From positions 134,206 to 198,205 of the forward strand of contig OY970230.1 of the NCBI GenBank assembly GCA_963714095.1: 64,000 bases of DNA, read 5' to 3'. Of the stretch, positions 48,916 through 58,820 are shown one piece after another. The position numbers and the translations under genes were made by a program. The notes under the pieces were generated by a model that saw only the letters and a program-made list of their open reading frames with translations, was not told the DNA's origin and did not search any database. Source of the stretch: Candidatus Gottesmanbacteria bacterium. GTDB taxonomy: Bacteria > Patescibacteriota > Microgenomatia > UBA10105 > UBA927. Positions within the stretch are counted from its first letter, which is position 1, and each line of letters starts with the position of its first letter.

Positions 48916-49982
48916 ACGGCAGGTATTTTCGTGAGCATGGCAATCCACAGACCGAAAATTGCAAGAATAATGGCGACGACCCACATGCGCATGACGATTT
49001 TCGGCTCCGGCCAGCCGTTGTATTGGAGCCACAAATGAAACGGGGCGACTGAAAATGTTTTTTTGTGTAAGAACTTTTTCGATAATAACTGCACAAGAGA
49101 TGATGCGACCTCTATCACAAAAATACCGCCGATCACAACCAGAGCAGGCGCTTTCCCCAGAACAAGACCCACAACCGCCATTGTGGCTCCGAATGAAAGG
49201 GCCCCCACATCTCCTAAAAATATACGCGCCGGATAGATATTGAAATATAAAAAAGCGATGAGGCTTCCGAGCCAAATAGCGATAAACACAGAAAGCGGAG
49301 TATCCAGTATCGATGCAGATATTATCCAGAATGCACCGAGGGCTATCATCAAAAGTCCCGATGCAAGTCCGTCCAGGCCGTCGGTAATGTTAAACGCATT
49401 GGCGAATGAGATAATAACAAGAGTCGCAAACGGAATGTACCACCATCCCAGACGCATGATGCCGATAAACGGTACGTAAAAAATATCGATTTTGAGGTTA
49501 TAAATCATCCAGAAACTGATGATGCCGGCAAGAAGGATCTCGAGCAGTAATTTATGCCGCAGGCGCAGGCCGAAAAATTTCGGGGAAATTCCTCCGAACG
49601 TTTTTTTGATATCGTCCAAAAGACCGAGGGCTCCGAACGAAACAAAGGTAAACAGGAGGATTTCAATTTCACCGGCAATCGGGTACACCGCGGTTATCGG
49701 AACCCAGAAGTAGTGCATAAGCAGTACCGCCAGCGGAAAAAGTATTGTCGTGACGGCAATAATCAGTAAGCCTCCGCCCACCGGCGTTCCTGCTTTCTTT
49801 TCATGAAAACTGTCAAATATGGGAGTTCGCCTGTTAAACGCGTCCAGCGTCTTCTGGTGAAGCCGCTGCATGCGCCATTTATAGAGAAGCCGTATAAACG
49901 GAATATAGAGAAGACTACTCACCAGCCATGAAAACAACAGGAGTCCGAACAAAATAACCATAGGATTATATATACTGACCAA
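48912..49982 (-). CDS. mraY: phospho-N-acetylmuramoyl-pentapeptide transferase
   Basis: MraY motifs NAFNITDGLDGLA and polytopic membrane topology, 356 aa. Confidence 0.9.
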   Translation of the reverse strand: MVSIYNPMVILFGLLLFSWLVSSLLYIPFIRLLYKWRMQRLHQKTLDAFNRRTPIFDSFHEKKAGTPVGGGLLIIAVTTILFPLAVLLMHYFWVPITAVYPIAGEIEILLFTFVSFGALGLLDDIKKTFGGISPKFFGLRLRHKLLLEILLAGIISFWMIYNLKIDIFYVPFIGIMRLGWWYIPFATLVIISFANAFNITDGLDGLASGLLMIALGAFWIISASILDTPLSVFIAIWLGSLIAFLYFNIYPARIFLGDVGALSFGATMAVVGLVLGKAPALVVIGGIFVIEVASSLVQLLSKKFLHKKTFSVAPFHLWLQYNGWPEPKIVMRMWVVAIILAIFGLWIAMLTKIPAV

Positions 49983-50322
49983 ATATTACGATTGCGACAA
50001 TGACCGCACCGATAGCGGTGGTGAGCATCATGCCGGCAGATACATCTTTGGCAATTTTTGCTTCCTGGCGCCATTCTTTTGTAATCAAATCCGTCATAGA
50101 TTCAATGGCCGTATTGATAAGTTCTGCCGTGAGCCCCAAAACTATAGTGAAAATGATAATTGCCCATTCGGTTCCCGTAATGCCGAAATACACGCTTAAG
50201 CCGATTGCAATTGCGGAAAGTACCAGATGCACACGAAAGTTCGGCTGTGTCCGAAGAGCCCACTCAAGACCGGCAAAGGCATGTTTGAACGAAATCGTGT
50301 GTTTCCGTATGATTTCCTTCAT
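49966..50322 (-). CDS. dgkA: diacylglycerol/undecaprenol kinase (DgkA family)
   Basis: MKEIIRKHTISFKHAFAGLEWAL...TAELINTAIES matches the DgkA family. Start taken at the internal ATG 50322 (118 aa). Confidence 0.65.
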   Translation of the reverse strand: MKEIIRKHTISFKHAFAGLEWALRTQPNFRVHLVLSAIAIGLSVYFGITGTEWAIIIFTIVLGLTAELINTAIESMTDLITKEWRQEAKIAKDVSAGMMLTTAIGAVIVAIVIFGQYI

Positions 50323-50363
50323 AACTATATAAAAGTATAACGGCTGGCTCAACAAATTACAAA

Positions 50364-51353
50364 TCAATACCCTTTTAATTGTTTTCTGATACTCTCTATC
50401 GTTTTCGGTATTACGTAGAATGGTGACACCGGATAGTCCTGCGCATGCATAAACTCCATCTGCCGACCCCCAAACCCTGTTTTGAACAACGTTATACCCC
50501 GCCACGGGTGATTCTCCTTACCTTCCGGCGCTATACCCCAAAAATTGTACAGTTTTTTGCCCCGTTTCTTTGCCTCACGGATTGCATCCCACTGAATAAG
50601 GTACGAGGCCGGGATCTTCGATTGAATTGATGCGCCATGATGATAAATCGCCTGTTCACCCCAAAAGAGAACAATTGCAGACGCAAGTACTTTTTTCTCA
50701 AATATCGCGCTGAATACAACTGCATCAGACCCGAATGTTTTCACTTCTTCGGCAATCCCCGTGTGCCGGACGAACCCATGACGCTCGGATGTTTCTCCGT
50801 AAAGAGCAAAAAAATCGTCCAAACCGGCCTCTTTCACGATGGTGACTCCTACCTTTTGAGCGCGCTTTATTTCGTAACGCGTGGTTTTTCTCATGCCGGC
50901 CAATAGTTCTTCCTCGCTTTTGTCCAAATCCAAAACCCAGCAAAGCTCCGCGTCCATTGCGTGAATCGGGGCACTGTGCAATCCCAAATTTCTGTAAAGT
51001 TCCTTATTCTCAGCCGTAATTTCCAACAACGGGCTTATCCGAATAAACCAGGCATGTTCCTTTTTCGCGAGATTTTGGAGATCACGAAGTACCGTTTTAA
51101 AATATTTTTTGTTTTGAACAATCGGCCCGTGCCGCACGTGCAAAAACGTGCCGCGGCGGGCTGTCACTTTCTGAACCTGCGCAACTGCAATAAGATTATT
51201 GCCCTCATACCATCCGAATCGCCACAACGCATGATTTCCTGCTTTGACCACCTCACCCCACGTCCAACTCTGAAATAACGCCATGGGGGAATATTTTTTT
51301 AAAAACGAATCCCACGTGCTTTGGGACGAAATCTCCTTTAAGAGGTATGCCAT
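50364..51353 (-). CDS. FemAB-family peptidoglycan interpeptide-bridge aminoacyltransferase-like protein
   Basis: N-terminal FQSWTWGEV block and a two-GNAT-like domain length (329 aa) typical of FemX/FemAB. Confidence 0.6.
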   Translation of the reverse strand: MAYLLKEISSQSTWDSFLKKYSPMALFQSWTWGEVVKAGNHALWRFGWYEGNNLIAVAQVQKVTARRGTFLHVRHGPIVQNKKYFKTVLRDLQNLAKKEHAWFIRISPLLEITAENKELYRNLGLHSAPIHAMDAELCWVLDLDKSEEELLAGMRKTTRYEIKRAQKVGVTIVKEAGLDDFFALYGETSERHGFVRHTGIAEEVKTFGSDAVVFSAIFEKKVLASAIVLFWGEQAIYHHGASIQSKIPASYLIQWDAIREAKKRGKKLYNFWGIAPEGKENHPWRGITLFKTGFGGRQMEFMHAQDYPVSPFYVIPKTIESIRKQLKGY

Positions 51354-51910
51354 AGTTTTATTGTATCACCTGAGTCTCCGTGTCCGGAAAAAAATTTCGT
51401 TTTCGGGGGCAGCGCAAGAATTTTGTTTATAGACTGGGATAACGCTGTTTTATCGGAATATTGGTGATCTGTACTCCCCACTGCACCACCTGCAAAAATA
51501 GTATCGCCGGTAAAAACGACGCCGTCTCCAACCAAACAAACACTTCCCGGTGTATGACCCGGGGCGTGCATAACGGTAAAATCCCCAATCTTATCTTCTT
51601 CTGTAATATAGCTGGTAATTTTCGGTGGAGGATCTGTAACAATATGCAAAAAATGTTTTGCGCTTGACTGCATAGTTTTAACAAGAAATGCATCTTTTTC
51701 GTGAATAACAAACGGAATATTGTACGCAAGCTGCAGCGCATACGAGGCCATGATGTGATCAAAATGCCCGTGGGTCGCCACAATCATAATAGGTTTCGTT
51801 TGGAGATGCCCCATAATATATTCAGCGTCATCTCCTGGGTCTATGATTATTCCGTCAACAATATAACAGTTGGTTGCCATTTGCCCAACAACAAGCGTTT
51901 CTATTCTCAT
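51338..51910 (-). CDS. MBL-fold metallo-hydrolase (glyoxalase II-like)
   Basis: Motifs VATHGHFDHI and HAPGHTPGS. Confidence 0.7.
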   Translation of the reverse strand: MRIETLVVGQMATNCYIVDGIIIDPGDDAEYIMGHLQTKPIMIVATHGHFDHIMASYALQLAYNIPFVIHEKDAFLVKTMQSSAKHFLHIVTDPPPKITSYITEEDKIGDFTVMHAPGHTPGSVCLVGDGVVFTGDTIFAGGAVGSTDHQYSDKTALSQSINKILALPPKTKFFSGHGDSGDTIKLWHTS

Positions 51911-53082
51911 AGAACAGCAAGCACCTTTTTTGCTTCACACACTGAAATACGTGTCGGCAGATTGACAATGTGTTCGGCTGCTTTCTCTGCTACGGGACAA
52001 CTGCCCATTTTATACCCGATGTTTCGAAAATCGACGCCTGCCGGATCAATAACATTGTGATACCAATTCCCCAGGAGTATCCCCTGTTTTTTTGCTTTTG
52101 TAATAAAAAGCTCCGGTTGATCGACGAACTTCGGAAAACGTAAATAGGGCTTATCAATGCCGTACATTCTGCTAATTTCCTGTCGCTCTCGAGTGAACCG
52201 TTCAAGTTTTTTCAGCTGTTTTAAGAGTAGTATTGCCAAAGCGTTTGGGTATTTTGCAGGAAAATCATTTGGCTGACGACCGAGCTTTTCTTCACGATAC
52301 ACAGGAAACCCCAAAAATCCCAATCGCTGGAATAAAACAAGCAACGCTTTGCCGATTCCGATCTGGTAGAGAGGCAGAATAATAGCAAACGCCACAGGAT
52401 GGAACAGTTGTTGAAATGTCCACGGCAAAGAAGAATTGTTTAATTTCTTGTGATATGCTTTTAATTTTTCGATTTGAATAGGAAATGTATCCTGTATTGT
52501 AGCCAGCCCTCCGAAAACGCTTGATACGACTTTATCCCGTCCAAAACTATAAAACGCCGCGTCACCGAACGTTCCGATTTTTTTCCCGTTGTACAGGGCG
52601 CCTAATGCATGCGCGCAATCCTCGATAACAATAATATTCTTTTTTTTTGCGATGGAAATAAGTTCGTCTAATTTCGCGGGCATGCCGAATGTATGTTGGA
52701 CGATAACCGCTTTCGTTTTTTTTGTAATTTTTTTCTCTATATCCGCAGGATCCAAATTATACGACCCATCAATATCCGCATACACGGGTGTTGCCCCGGC
52801 CCAACGAACACTGTTTGGCACGGCAACACACGTAAACGCCTGGACCACGACCTCATCCCCGCGCCCGATATTAAAAGCCTTCAAGATTCCAAGAAGCGCG
52901 GACCTTCCGCTGTTAAATGATACAGCACACGCGGCTCCCGAATATTTCCGGAACCACGCTTCAACTTTTCCTACTGCCGATCCGCGTTGCCACACCCATG
53001 GAGCAAATAATAACCGGAATGCAAGGAATACATCATCGGGCTCAGTGTTAGGTGATAGCGAAGCTGAAATTATCCGACTCAT
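51907..53082 (-). CDS. DegT/DnrJ/EryC1-family sugar aminotransferase
   Basis: AVSFNSGRSALLGILKAFNIGRGDEVVVQAFTCVA and FYSFGRDKVVSS (PLP Lys). Start moved to ATG 53082 (ATGA overlap with the hydrolase stop) from the track's 53244. Confidence 0.7.
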   Translation of the reverse strand: MSRIISASLSPNTEPDDVFLAFRLLFAPWVWQRGSAVGKVEAWFRKYSGAACAVSFNSGRSALLGILKAFNIGRGDEVVVQAFTCVAVPNSVRWAGATPVYADIDGSYNLDPADIEKKITKKTKAVIVQHTFGMPAKLDELISIAKKKNIIVIEDCAHALGALYNGKKIGTFGDAAFYSFGRDKVVSSVFGGLATIQDTFPIQIEKLKAYHKKLNNSSLPWTFQQLFHPVAFAIILPLYQIGIGKALLVLFQRLGFLGFPVYREEKLGRQPNDFPAKYPNALAILLLKQLKKLERFTRERQEISRMYGIDKPYLRFPKFVDQPELFITKAKKQGILLGNWYHNVIDPAGVDFRNIGYKMGSCPVAEKAAEHIVNLPTRISVCEAKKVLAVL

Positions 53083-53798
53083 AATGCATGAAGCCAACCG
53101 GCAATAGAATGATAAAACAATACGGGATTTTTGTACGAAACGCCATGACCGCTGTTGGGTAAAATAATAAGCCCAGCGCCAATAATTGTTTGTTTCATTT
53201 TTTGGGCAACCAGCAGCGGCACGATGATATCGTTGGCCCCCCACACCAGAAGCGTCGGAACACGAACCTTTTTCATGCTTGTGATAAGCTCTTCCTGCAC
53301 GATACGCTTAAATGTTTCCCGCATGACTCCTTCTGCCCGGTAATAATCCCTAGCCCCGACCACATAGTAATACCAGCTACGAACCTTATCACGGAAAAGA
53401 TGCATAAAAGGAATGAAGAAAAATATTTTACCGATCTTTGCGATCGTCACAGCGATAAATATTTTTTTCTTCGCTATCGGGGTATATCCCGGCGTTCCGG
53501 TTAACACCAAGGCGCGGATATTTGCAGGATGCGCAGCCTGATATTTCAGTGCTACCCTGCCGCCGAACGATTGCGCGATGATAATAGGGTGAACGATATG
53601 CTCAGTTTTAAAATACTCATCCAAAAAACTGACGTAATCGGAAAGCTGCAATGGTTTATCAGGAATCTTGCTGTTGCCGAAGCCCGGAAGGTCCGGTGCC
53701 CAAACGGGATACCCGTGCCGTCGCAACTCGCCAACGAGAGGCAAAAACGTACTGCCTGATAATCCCCACCCATGTAACACGACGATCGGATGTTTCAT
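53079..53798 (-). CDS. alpha/beta-fold hydrolase
   Basis: HGWGLSGSTF oxyanion region and GxSxG-like IAQSFGGRVA. Confidence 0.6.
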   Translation of the reverse strand: MKHPIVVLHGWGLSGSTFLPLVGELRRHGYPVWAPDLPGFGNSKIPDKPLQLSDYVSFLDEYFKTEHIVHPIIIAQSFGGRVALKYQAAHPANIRALVLTGTPGYTPIAKKKIFIAVTIAKIGKIFFFIPFMHLFRDKVRSWYYYVVGARDYYRAEGVMRETFKRIVQEELITSMKKVRVPTLLVWGANDIIVPLLVAQKMKQTIIGAGLIILPNSGHGVSYKNPVLFYHSIAGWLHAL

Positions 53799-53803
53799 TA
53801 AAA

Positions 53804-55093
53804 TTATATTTTTTTCCTGAACGATTCGCGGGAAACGGGAGCACGGGTATTATTTTTTGTAATAGTAAATCCAGGCTTGGCAATACAAAACGATTCTTCC
53901 GGAATATCACGGTCCACAACAGCTCCGCTGCCGATAAAGGAATTTTTTCCGATCTTGATGCCCGGCATAATTGATGCGTTGACACCGATCCTCACGCCCG
54001 TACTGATCATAGCGCCTAATTTATTTTTTCCTGTCGGAATTTTTACTTTATCAACAACCGAAAAAATTTCTCCGTCATCAAGCCGGAGATTGGCAAGACT
54101 GGCTCCCGACCCCATGCTGATATTTCCTTCAAGAACGGAATCCCCGATGTAGTTGCTGTGAAACCAGCAGTCATTGCCGATATAACTGCGGGTTACATCA
54201 CAGTTAAATCCGACAACGCTGTTTGCCCCGATATGAGACCCCCGGATAATACAGTTATTTCCGATAATCGTATTTTTTCCTATATAGCATGGCCCAACAA
54301 TTTTTACGTTCTCAAAAATTTTAACGTTGTCTTCGATATACACCGGCCCTTCAATAATGACATTTTTATTTATAACCACGTCTTTGCCTTTATGCTCTTC
54401 CATTCCGTCAAACAACGCATGCATGACATCTAAAACATGCCAGGGATATTTTAATACCGCCCAAGGACCTTCGTATGGAAGAAAAACGAACGTATGATCC
54501 ATCATAAGGCTTGATAATGCTTTTTCGTAAACATCGTCGGATGTACTTTTCGTTTTTGAGATTTCGGTAATAAACGCAGATCCGTCTGCAATATAATGAC
54601 AGACAATATTTGCATAGGCACTCGGTTCACGACCGGCTTCAGGTTTTTCGATAATCCCGGTTACACGATTGCCTGCAAGAGATAAATATCCAAATGGGCC
54701 GTGATTCTGCGCATGCCGGCCGGGAATCACTCCGAATGCGTCTGTCTTACAAATTTGTGTTAAGAGATCAGGATCAACGACATCGTCAACATTCACAATA
54801 AGAATCGGGGAGGTTTTCACGATATCCCGGCAGGCCAGCAGTGCATCCGCCATACCTGTGGGTTCCTTCTGCATAACCGTTGCGGTTTCTATCGGAAAAC
54901 GGAACGAACGAATCGCGGCATTATTTGCAGGGCTGGTCACGATAATCATCCGGGAAACGGAGGCAGGGATATCAGCAATGCTTTGGGCAAACATCGGCAA
55001 ACCGAAAAACGGAAACAGGGCTTTATTGGTTGTAAAAGGCCAAAATCGTTTTCCTGCCCCTCCCGCCAACACTATCATTGTAATATCTTTCAT
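53804..55093 (-). CDS. bifunctional-type sugar-1-phosphate nucleotidyltransferase with C-terminal left-handed beta-helix (hexapeptide repeat) domain, GlmU-like
   Basis: N-terminal MIVLAGGAGKRFWPFT (G-x-G-x-R nucleotidyltransferase motif). C-terminal [LIV]G-x-x-x-x hexapeptide repeats (IGKNTIIGNNCIIRGSHIGANSVVG). Confidence 0.6.
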   Translation of the reverse strand: MKDITMIVLAGGAGKRFWPFTTNKALFPFFGLPMFAQSIADIPASVSRMIIVTSPANNAAIRSFRFPIETATVMQKEPTGMADALLACRDIVKTSPILIVNVDDVVDPDLLTQICKTDAFGVIPGRHAQNHGPFGYLSLAGNRVTGIIEKPEAGREPSAYANIVCHYIADGSAFITEISKTKSTSDDVYEKALSSLMMDHTFVFLPYEGPWAVLKYPWHVLDVMHALFDGMEEHKGKDVVINKNVIIEGPVYIEDNVKIFENVKIVGPCYIGKNTIIGNNCIIRGSHIGANSVVGFNCDVTRSYIGNDCWFHSNYIGDSVLEGNISMGSGASLANLRLDDGEIFSVVDKVKIPTGKNKLGAMISTGVRIGVNASIMPGIKIGKNSFIGSGAVVDRDIPEESFCIAKPGFTITKNNTRAPVSRESFRKKI

Positions 55094-55094
55094 A

Positions 55095-56426
55095 TTATTC
55101 CTCCTTCACCCGTTTAATCCGGGCTCCAAGCGCCCCCAGCCGCTCTTCTATTTTCTCATATCCGCGGTCAACCTGCTCAACGCCGTGAACGAGACTTTCT
55201 CCGGGCGCGGACAGTGCTGCCAGTATAAGCGTCGCTCCGGCCCGAAGGTCATCAATCTCGAGTACTGCATTATGCAGCGGTGTCGGACCCATAATTTTAA
55301 TACCCTGATGATACCCTTTCACGCGGTCCGCCCAATTAAAATTGTAAAACGCTTCGGGACCGGCGACCTCCGGATCAAAAAATTCAATAACCGCTCCCAT
55401 CTTCCGTAACTCCGATACATAGGAAAACCTGCTTTCAAATACCGTTTCATGGATAGTTGAGGTACCGTGGGCCTGCGTCATAAGGACCGCCCACGGCGCC
55501 TGCCAGTCCGTCATAAATCCCGGGTGCGGTGCTGTCACGATATCGGTCGCCGAAAGTTTGCCCTTAGAATAATATCGTGTCGTTACGGCATCAATTTCTT
55601 CATACTTCCCTCCTGCCTTTTTATACATATCAAGAAACACACCTAAATTATTCCGCGAAGAATGCGTGACTGTCACATTTCCGCCGGTCATCAGTGCGCC
55701 AACGGCGAACGTCACTTCCTCATTACGGTCCGGCATGATCGAATATTCGGTTCCGTGAAGAAGACTGACCCCATCAATAACAATAGTGCGTGTTTTCACC
55801 CGCCGAACTCGCGCACCCATCTGGTTCAGACACGCAATCAGATCGTCAATTTCAACCTCCTCTGCCGCGTTTTCCAGAACCGTCTGCCCGCGCGCTAGGA
55901 CCGCAGCTAAGAGTAGCGTTTCCGTCCCCGTGTGGGTATTTTTCTCAAACCGTACCGTTGCACCGTGTAGGCCACCCGCTTTTGCATAAAAATAGCCGTC
56001 ATCCGAATGGTATTGAATCTGAGCCCCCATATGCTTCAGGGCACTGATGTGACGGTCAATAGGCCGCGCCCCCAACCTGCACCCTCCCGGATTCGGGGTC
56101 GTGGCCGTGCCGTACCGCGCAAGAAGCGGCCCCAACACCATCGACGACGTCCGCAGCCTCGCCGCTACATCAAGAGGAACTTTTGCATTATGGACGTGAT
56201 TGTGAGTAACGTGAATCGTATGCCCCTCTCGCCTGCTGACAACACCCAGCACCGCAAGAACTTCCAGCATAAGCGTCACATCGCGGATCAAAGGCACATT
56301 ATGAATGACCATCTCTTCGTCGGTCAGAAGTGACGCAACAAGAATTTTAAGCGCCACGTTTTTGGCACCTGCGACAGCAATTTCACCTTTGAGAGGCACT
56401 CCACCCGTAATAATAAACTTATCCAT
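55095..56426 (-). CDS. murA: UDP-N-acetylglucosamine 1-carboxyvinyltransferase
   Basis: MDKFIITGGVPLKGEIAVAGAKNVALKIL N-terminus and active-site Cys region PGGCRLGARPID. Confidence 0.9.
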   Translation of the reverse strand: MDKFIITGGVPLKGEIAVAGAKNVALKILVASLLTDEEMVIHNVPLIRDVTLMLEVLAVLGVVSRREGHTIHVTHNHVHNAKVPLDVAARLRTSSMVLGPLLARYGTATTPNPGGCRLGARPIDRHISALKHMGAQIQYHSDDGYFYAKAGGLHGATVRFEKNTHTGTETLLLAAVLARGQTVLENAAEEVEIDDLIACLNQMGARVRRVKTRTIVIDGVSLLHGTEYSIMPDRNEEVTFAVGALMTGGNVTVTHSSRNNLGVFLDMYKKAGGKYEEIDAVTTRYYSKGKLSATDIVTAPHPGFMTDWQAPWAVLMTQAHGTSTIHETVFESRFSYVSELRKMGAVIEFFDPEVAGPEAFYNFNWADRVKGYHQGIKIMGPTPLHNAVLEIDDLRAGATLILAALSAPGESLVHGVEQVDRGYEKIEERLGALGARIKRVKEE

Positions 56427-56428
56427 AG

Positions 56429-57409
56429 TTAAAATTCCCCCACCTGAAGTATTTCTTCACTCAGCGCGACGCCGAATTGTTCCTTAACTCTGGCTCTTAC
56501 AAGCTCGATTAATTGTACCACGTCGCGGGCTCGTGCCCGCCCGCGGTTTATTATAAAATTTGCATGAACGTCGGATATCTGGGCATCCCCCACCCGCACA
56601 CCTTTAAGTCCCGCGTGATCGATAAGAAATCCCGCGGACGTCGTATGATTGGGAGTCCCGGCCACGAGGGCTTCCGCTTGCGAAATATTTCGGAATGTGC
56701 ACCCCGCAGACGGTATGCCCTGCGGCTGCGTTTCTCTCCGATACGCAATACTTTCGTTTGCAATTTTCCACAACCGTTCTTTCGTCTCGGAGCGGAGCGA
56801 AAAAATAACATTCAAAAGAACATCGTTGATCTTTTGAAGACTGCTCGTGTCATACCCAAAATGGAAATATGTATTCGGGACGATTCGGCGGTTGTTTTCA
56901 GAGGTGAGAACCTCAGCTTGATACACAGTATCACCCACGAACGATTGCGGATGTGTCCATTTGGAATTCATAAATATCGCGCCCCCCACAGAGCCGGGGA
57001 GTCCCAAATGCATCTCCAACCCCGCAAGCCCTTCCTCAACGGTGAATCGGACGAATGAGTTAAAAATAACACCGGAATCGGCTTCAACAAATACCAATCC
57101 TCGTTTTGTTTTACCGCCCGTTACTGTACCCTTAATGCCTTTCATCCGTATGCCGCCCGTGCTGTTTTTTATAACCAAACCACGGATCCCGCGGTCTCCG
57201 ACAAGAATATTGGTTCCTCCGCCGAGAATAAACACCGGGACACGCAGGGCGCGGCCCAGTGTTATGGCCCCAACAAACTCATCCGTCGTTTTCGCATCAA
57301 AAAAATAGTCTGCGGGGCCGCCGATTTTAAACGTCGTATACATAGCCAACGGCTCATTCTCTTTCACCCTATTTCCTACATTCTTTTTTAATTCTTCAAA
57401 AATATTCAT
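56429..57409 (-). CDS. murB: UDP-N-acetylenolpyruvoylglucosamine reductase
   Basis: FAD-binding PCMH-type N-terminus (TTFKIGGPADYF, PVFILGGGTNIL) with a MurB C-terminal domain. Confidence 0.85.
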   Translation of the reverse strand: MNIFEELKKNVGNRVKENEPLAMYTTFKIGGPADYFFDAKTTDEFVGAITLGRALRVPVFILGGGTNILVGDRGIRGLVIKNSTGGIRMKGIKGTVTGGKTKRGLVFVEADSGVIFNSFVRFTVEEGLAGLEMHLGLPGSVGGAIFMNSKWTHPQSFVGDTVYQAEVLTSENNRRIVPNTYFHFGYDTSSLQKINDVLLNVIFSLRSETKERLWKIANESIAYRRETQPQGIPSAGCTFRNISQAEALVAGTPNHTTSAGFLIDHAGLKGVRVGDAQISDVHANFIINRGRARARDVVQLIELVRARVKEQFGVALSEEILQVGEF

Positions 57410-57415
57410 ATTGGG

Positions 57416-58816
57416 TTATTTGTGTATTAATCTCTTCCCCCATGTATATATGCTCCCTGCCCCCATAAATATCAGTATATCCTGCGGCTTCAGATGTTGA
57501 TGCAATAAATTTTTTACTGCAGGAAAATTCGGCGCATAAAAAACGTTCCGGTGGTGTTTGGCAGTTTCTTCAACAAGGGTTTTGCCGGAAATACCCAGGT
57601 CGCTCGTCTCACGGGCGGACGAATAAATATCAGTAAGAATTATTTCGGATGCGCCTGTGAAAGCGCGGGAAAATTCGCTCATGAGCGCTTTCGTCCTGGA
57701 ATACGTGTGCGGCTGAAAGACTGCAATAATACGCCGTCCGGGATACCACTCACTGGCGGCTGCGAGAGTCGCCATAATTTCTTTCGGATGATGGGCGTAA
57801 TCGTCAATCACGTGTATATCTCCTATAGCACCAACCGGCTCAAATCTGCGTTTCGTCCCGCCGAATAAACCCAACCCCTTTTTAATATTTTCCCACGACA
57901 CACCTACCTGTCTACACGCAAGCGCTGCAGCAGCGGCGTTGACGGCGTTGTGTCTCCCCGGAACTCGCAGTGTAAATTCTCCGATGCCGATACCCCGCTG
58001 GGACAGTGTAAAGAACGTCCGTTCTTCTCCGAAGTGAACATTGGTCACCTGAAACTCAGATTTTGCAGAAAAACCATAAGAAATATAATTATGTTCCATT
58101 AAAACGCTGCTAGCAGGATCATCGGCATTGACAATGGAACATTTCTGCCCTTTTTGGTTCTTTTGGAGTTGTATAAATGCTTTCTGTACTTCAACCAAAG
58201 ACGCATATGCATCGGGGTGATCAAAATCCACGTTCGTTACCACGAGTATATCCGGCTTCTGCCATAAAAATCGTGGTGTACTGTCGTGCCCCGGGTCTGT
58301 GATGTATTCATCTGCCTCCGCTACAAAAATACCCTTTTTTCCACAGTGGCCGGGAAGTCCTAAACCACGGATTTCTCCGCAACCGATGGCATATGAAGGA
58401 TCAAGATCTGAGTGAGATAGGATTGTGGCAATCATTGCAGATGTTGTGGTTTTCCCGTGTGACCCTGCAACCGATATCTGTATGGCACCCGCCATCACCA
58501 TACCTAATGCCTGCCCGTGCGGTACCACGTTAATTCCCTGCCTTACCGCTTCAACTACTTCACTGTTATCTTTTCCTCCGTGTGCACCGGTGAAAACCAC
58601 CAGATGCGGATGAATACGGGAAATATTCTTTGCATTAAAGCGCAATACGGAAATTTTCGCTTTTGCAAGAACTGCGTCCGTCGGAAACTCTTCCTCCGTA
58701 TCGGAACCGGTAACCACATATCCCGATTCTTTTGCCCACACTGCAAGTGCAGTCATAGCCACACCCTTGACACCCACGAAATGGATACGCTTTATCGTTT
58801 TCCAATTGATATTCAT
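57416..58816 (-). CDS. murC: UDP-N-acetylmuramate--L-alanine ligase
   Basis: IHFVGVKGVAMTALA N-terminus, P-loop VAGSHGKTTTSAM, 466 aa. Confidence 0.85.
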   Translation of the reverse strand: MNINWKTIKRIHFVGVKGVAMTALAVWAKESGYVVTGSDTEEEFPTDAVLAKAKISVLRFNAKNISRIHPHLVVFTGAHGGKDNSEVVEAVRQGINVVPHGQALGMVMAGAIQISVAGSHGKTTTSAMIATILSHSDLDPSYAIGCGEIRGLGLPGHCGKKGIFVAEADEYITDPGHDSTPRFLWQKPDILVVTNVDFDHPDAYASLVEVQKAFIQLQKNQKGQKCSIVNADDPASSVLMEHNYISYGFSAKSEFQVTNVHFGEERTFFTLSQRGIGIGEFTLRVPGRHNAVNAAAAALACRQVGVSWENIKKGLGLFGGTKRRFEPVGAIGDIHVIDDYAHHPKEIMATLAAASEWYPGRRIIAVFQPHTYSRTKALMSEFSRAFTGASEIILTDIYSSARETSDLGISGKTLVEETAKHHRNVFYAPNFPAVKNLLHQHLKPQDILIFMGAGSIYTWGKRLIHK

Positions 58817-58820
58817 AGCT

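Noticed and set aside
48916-49275. 120-codon Cys-rich N-terminal extension of the track ORF for murI (MARKPHRFF...CGSCSGESACSGC...)
   Set aside because: It overlaps the mraY coding region on the same strand in another frame. The canonical MurI N-terminus MIGILDSGFGG begins at ATG 48915 with an ATGA overlap to the mraY stop.
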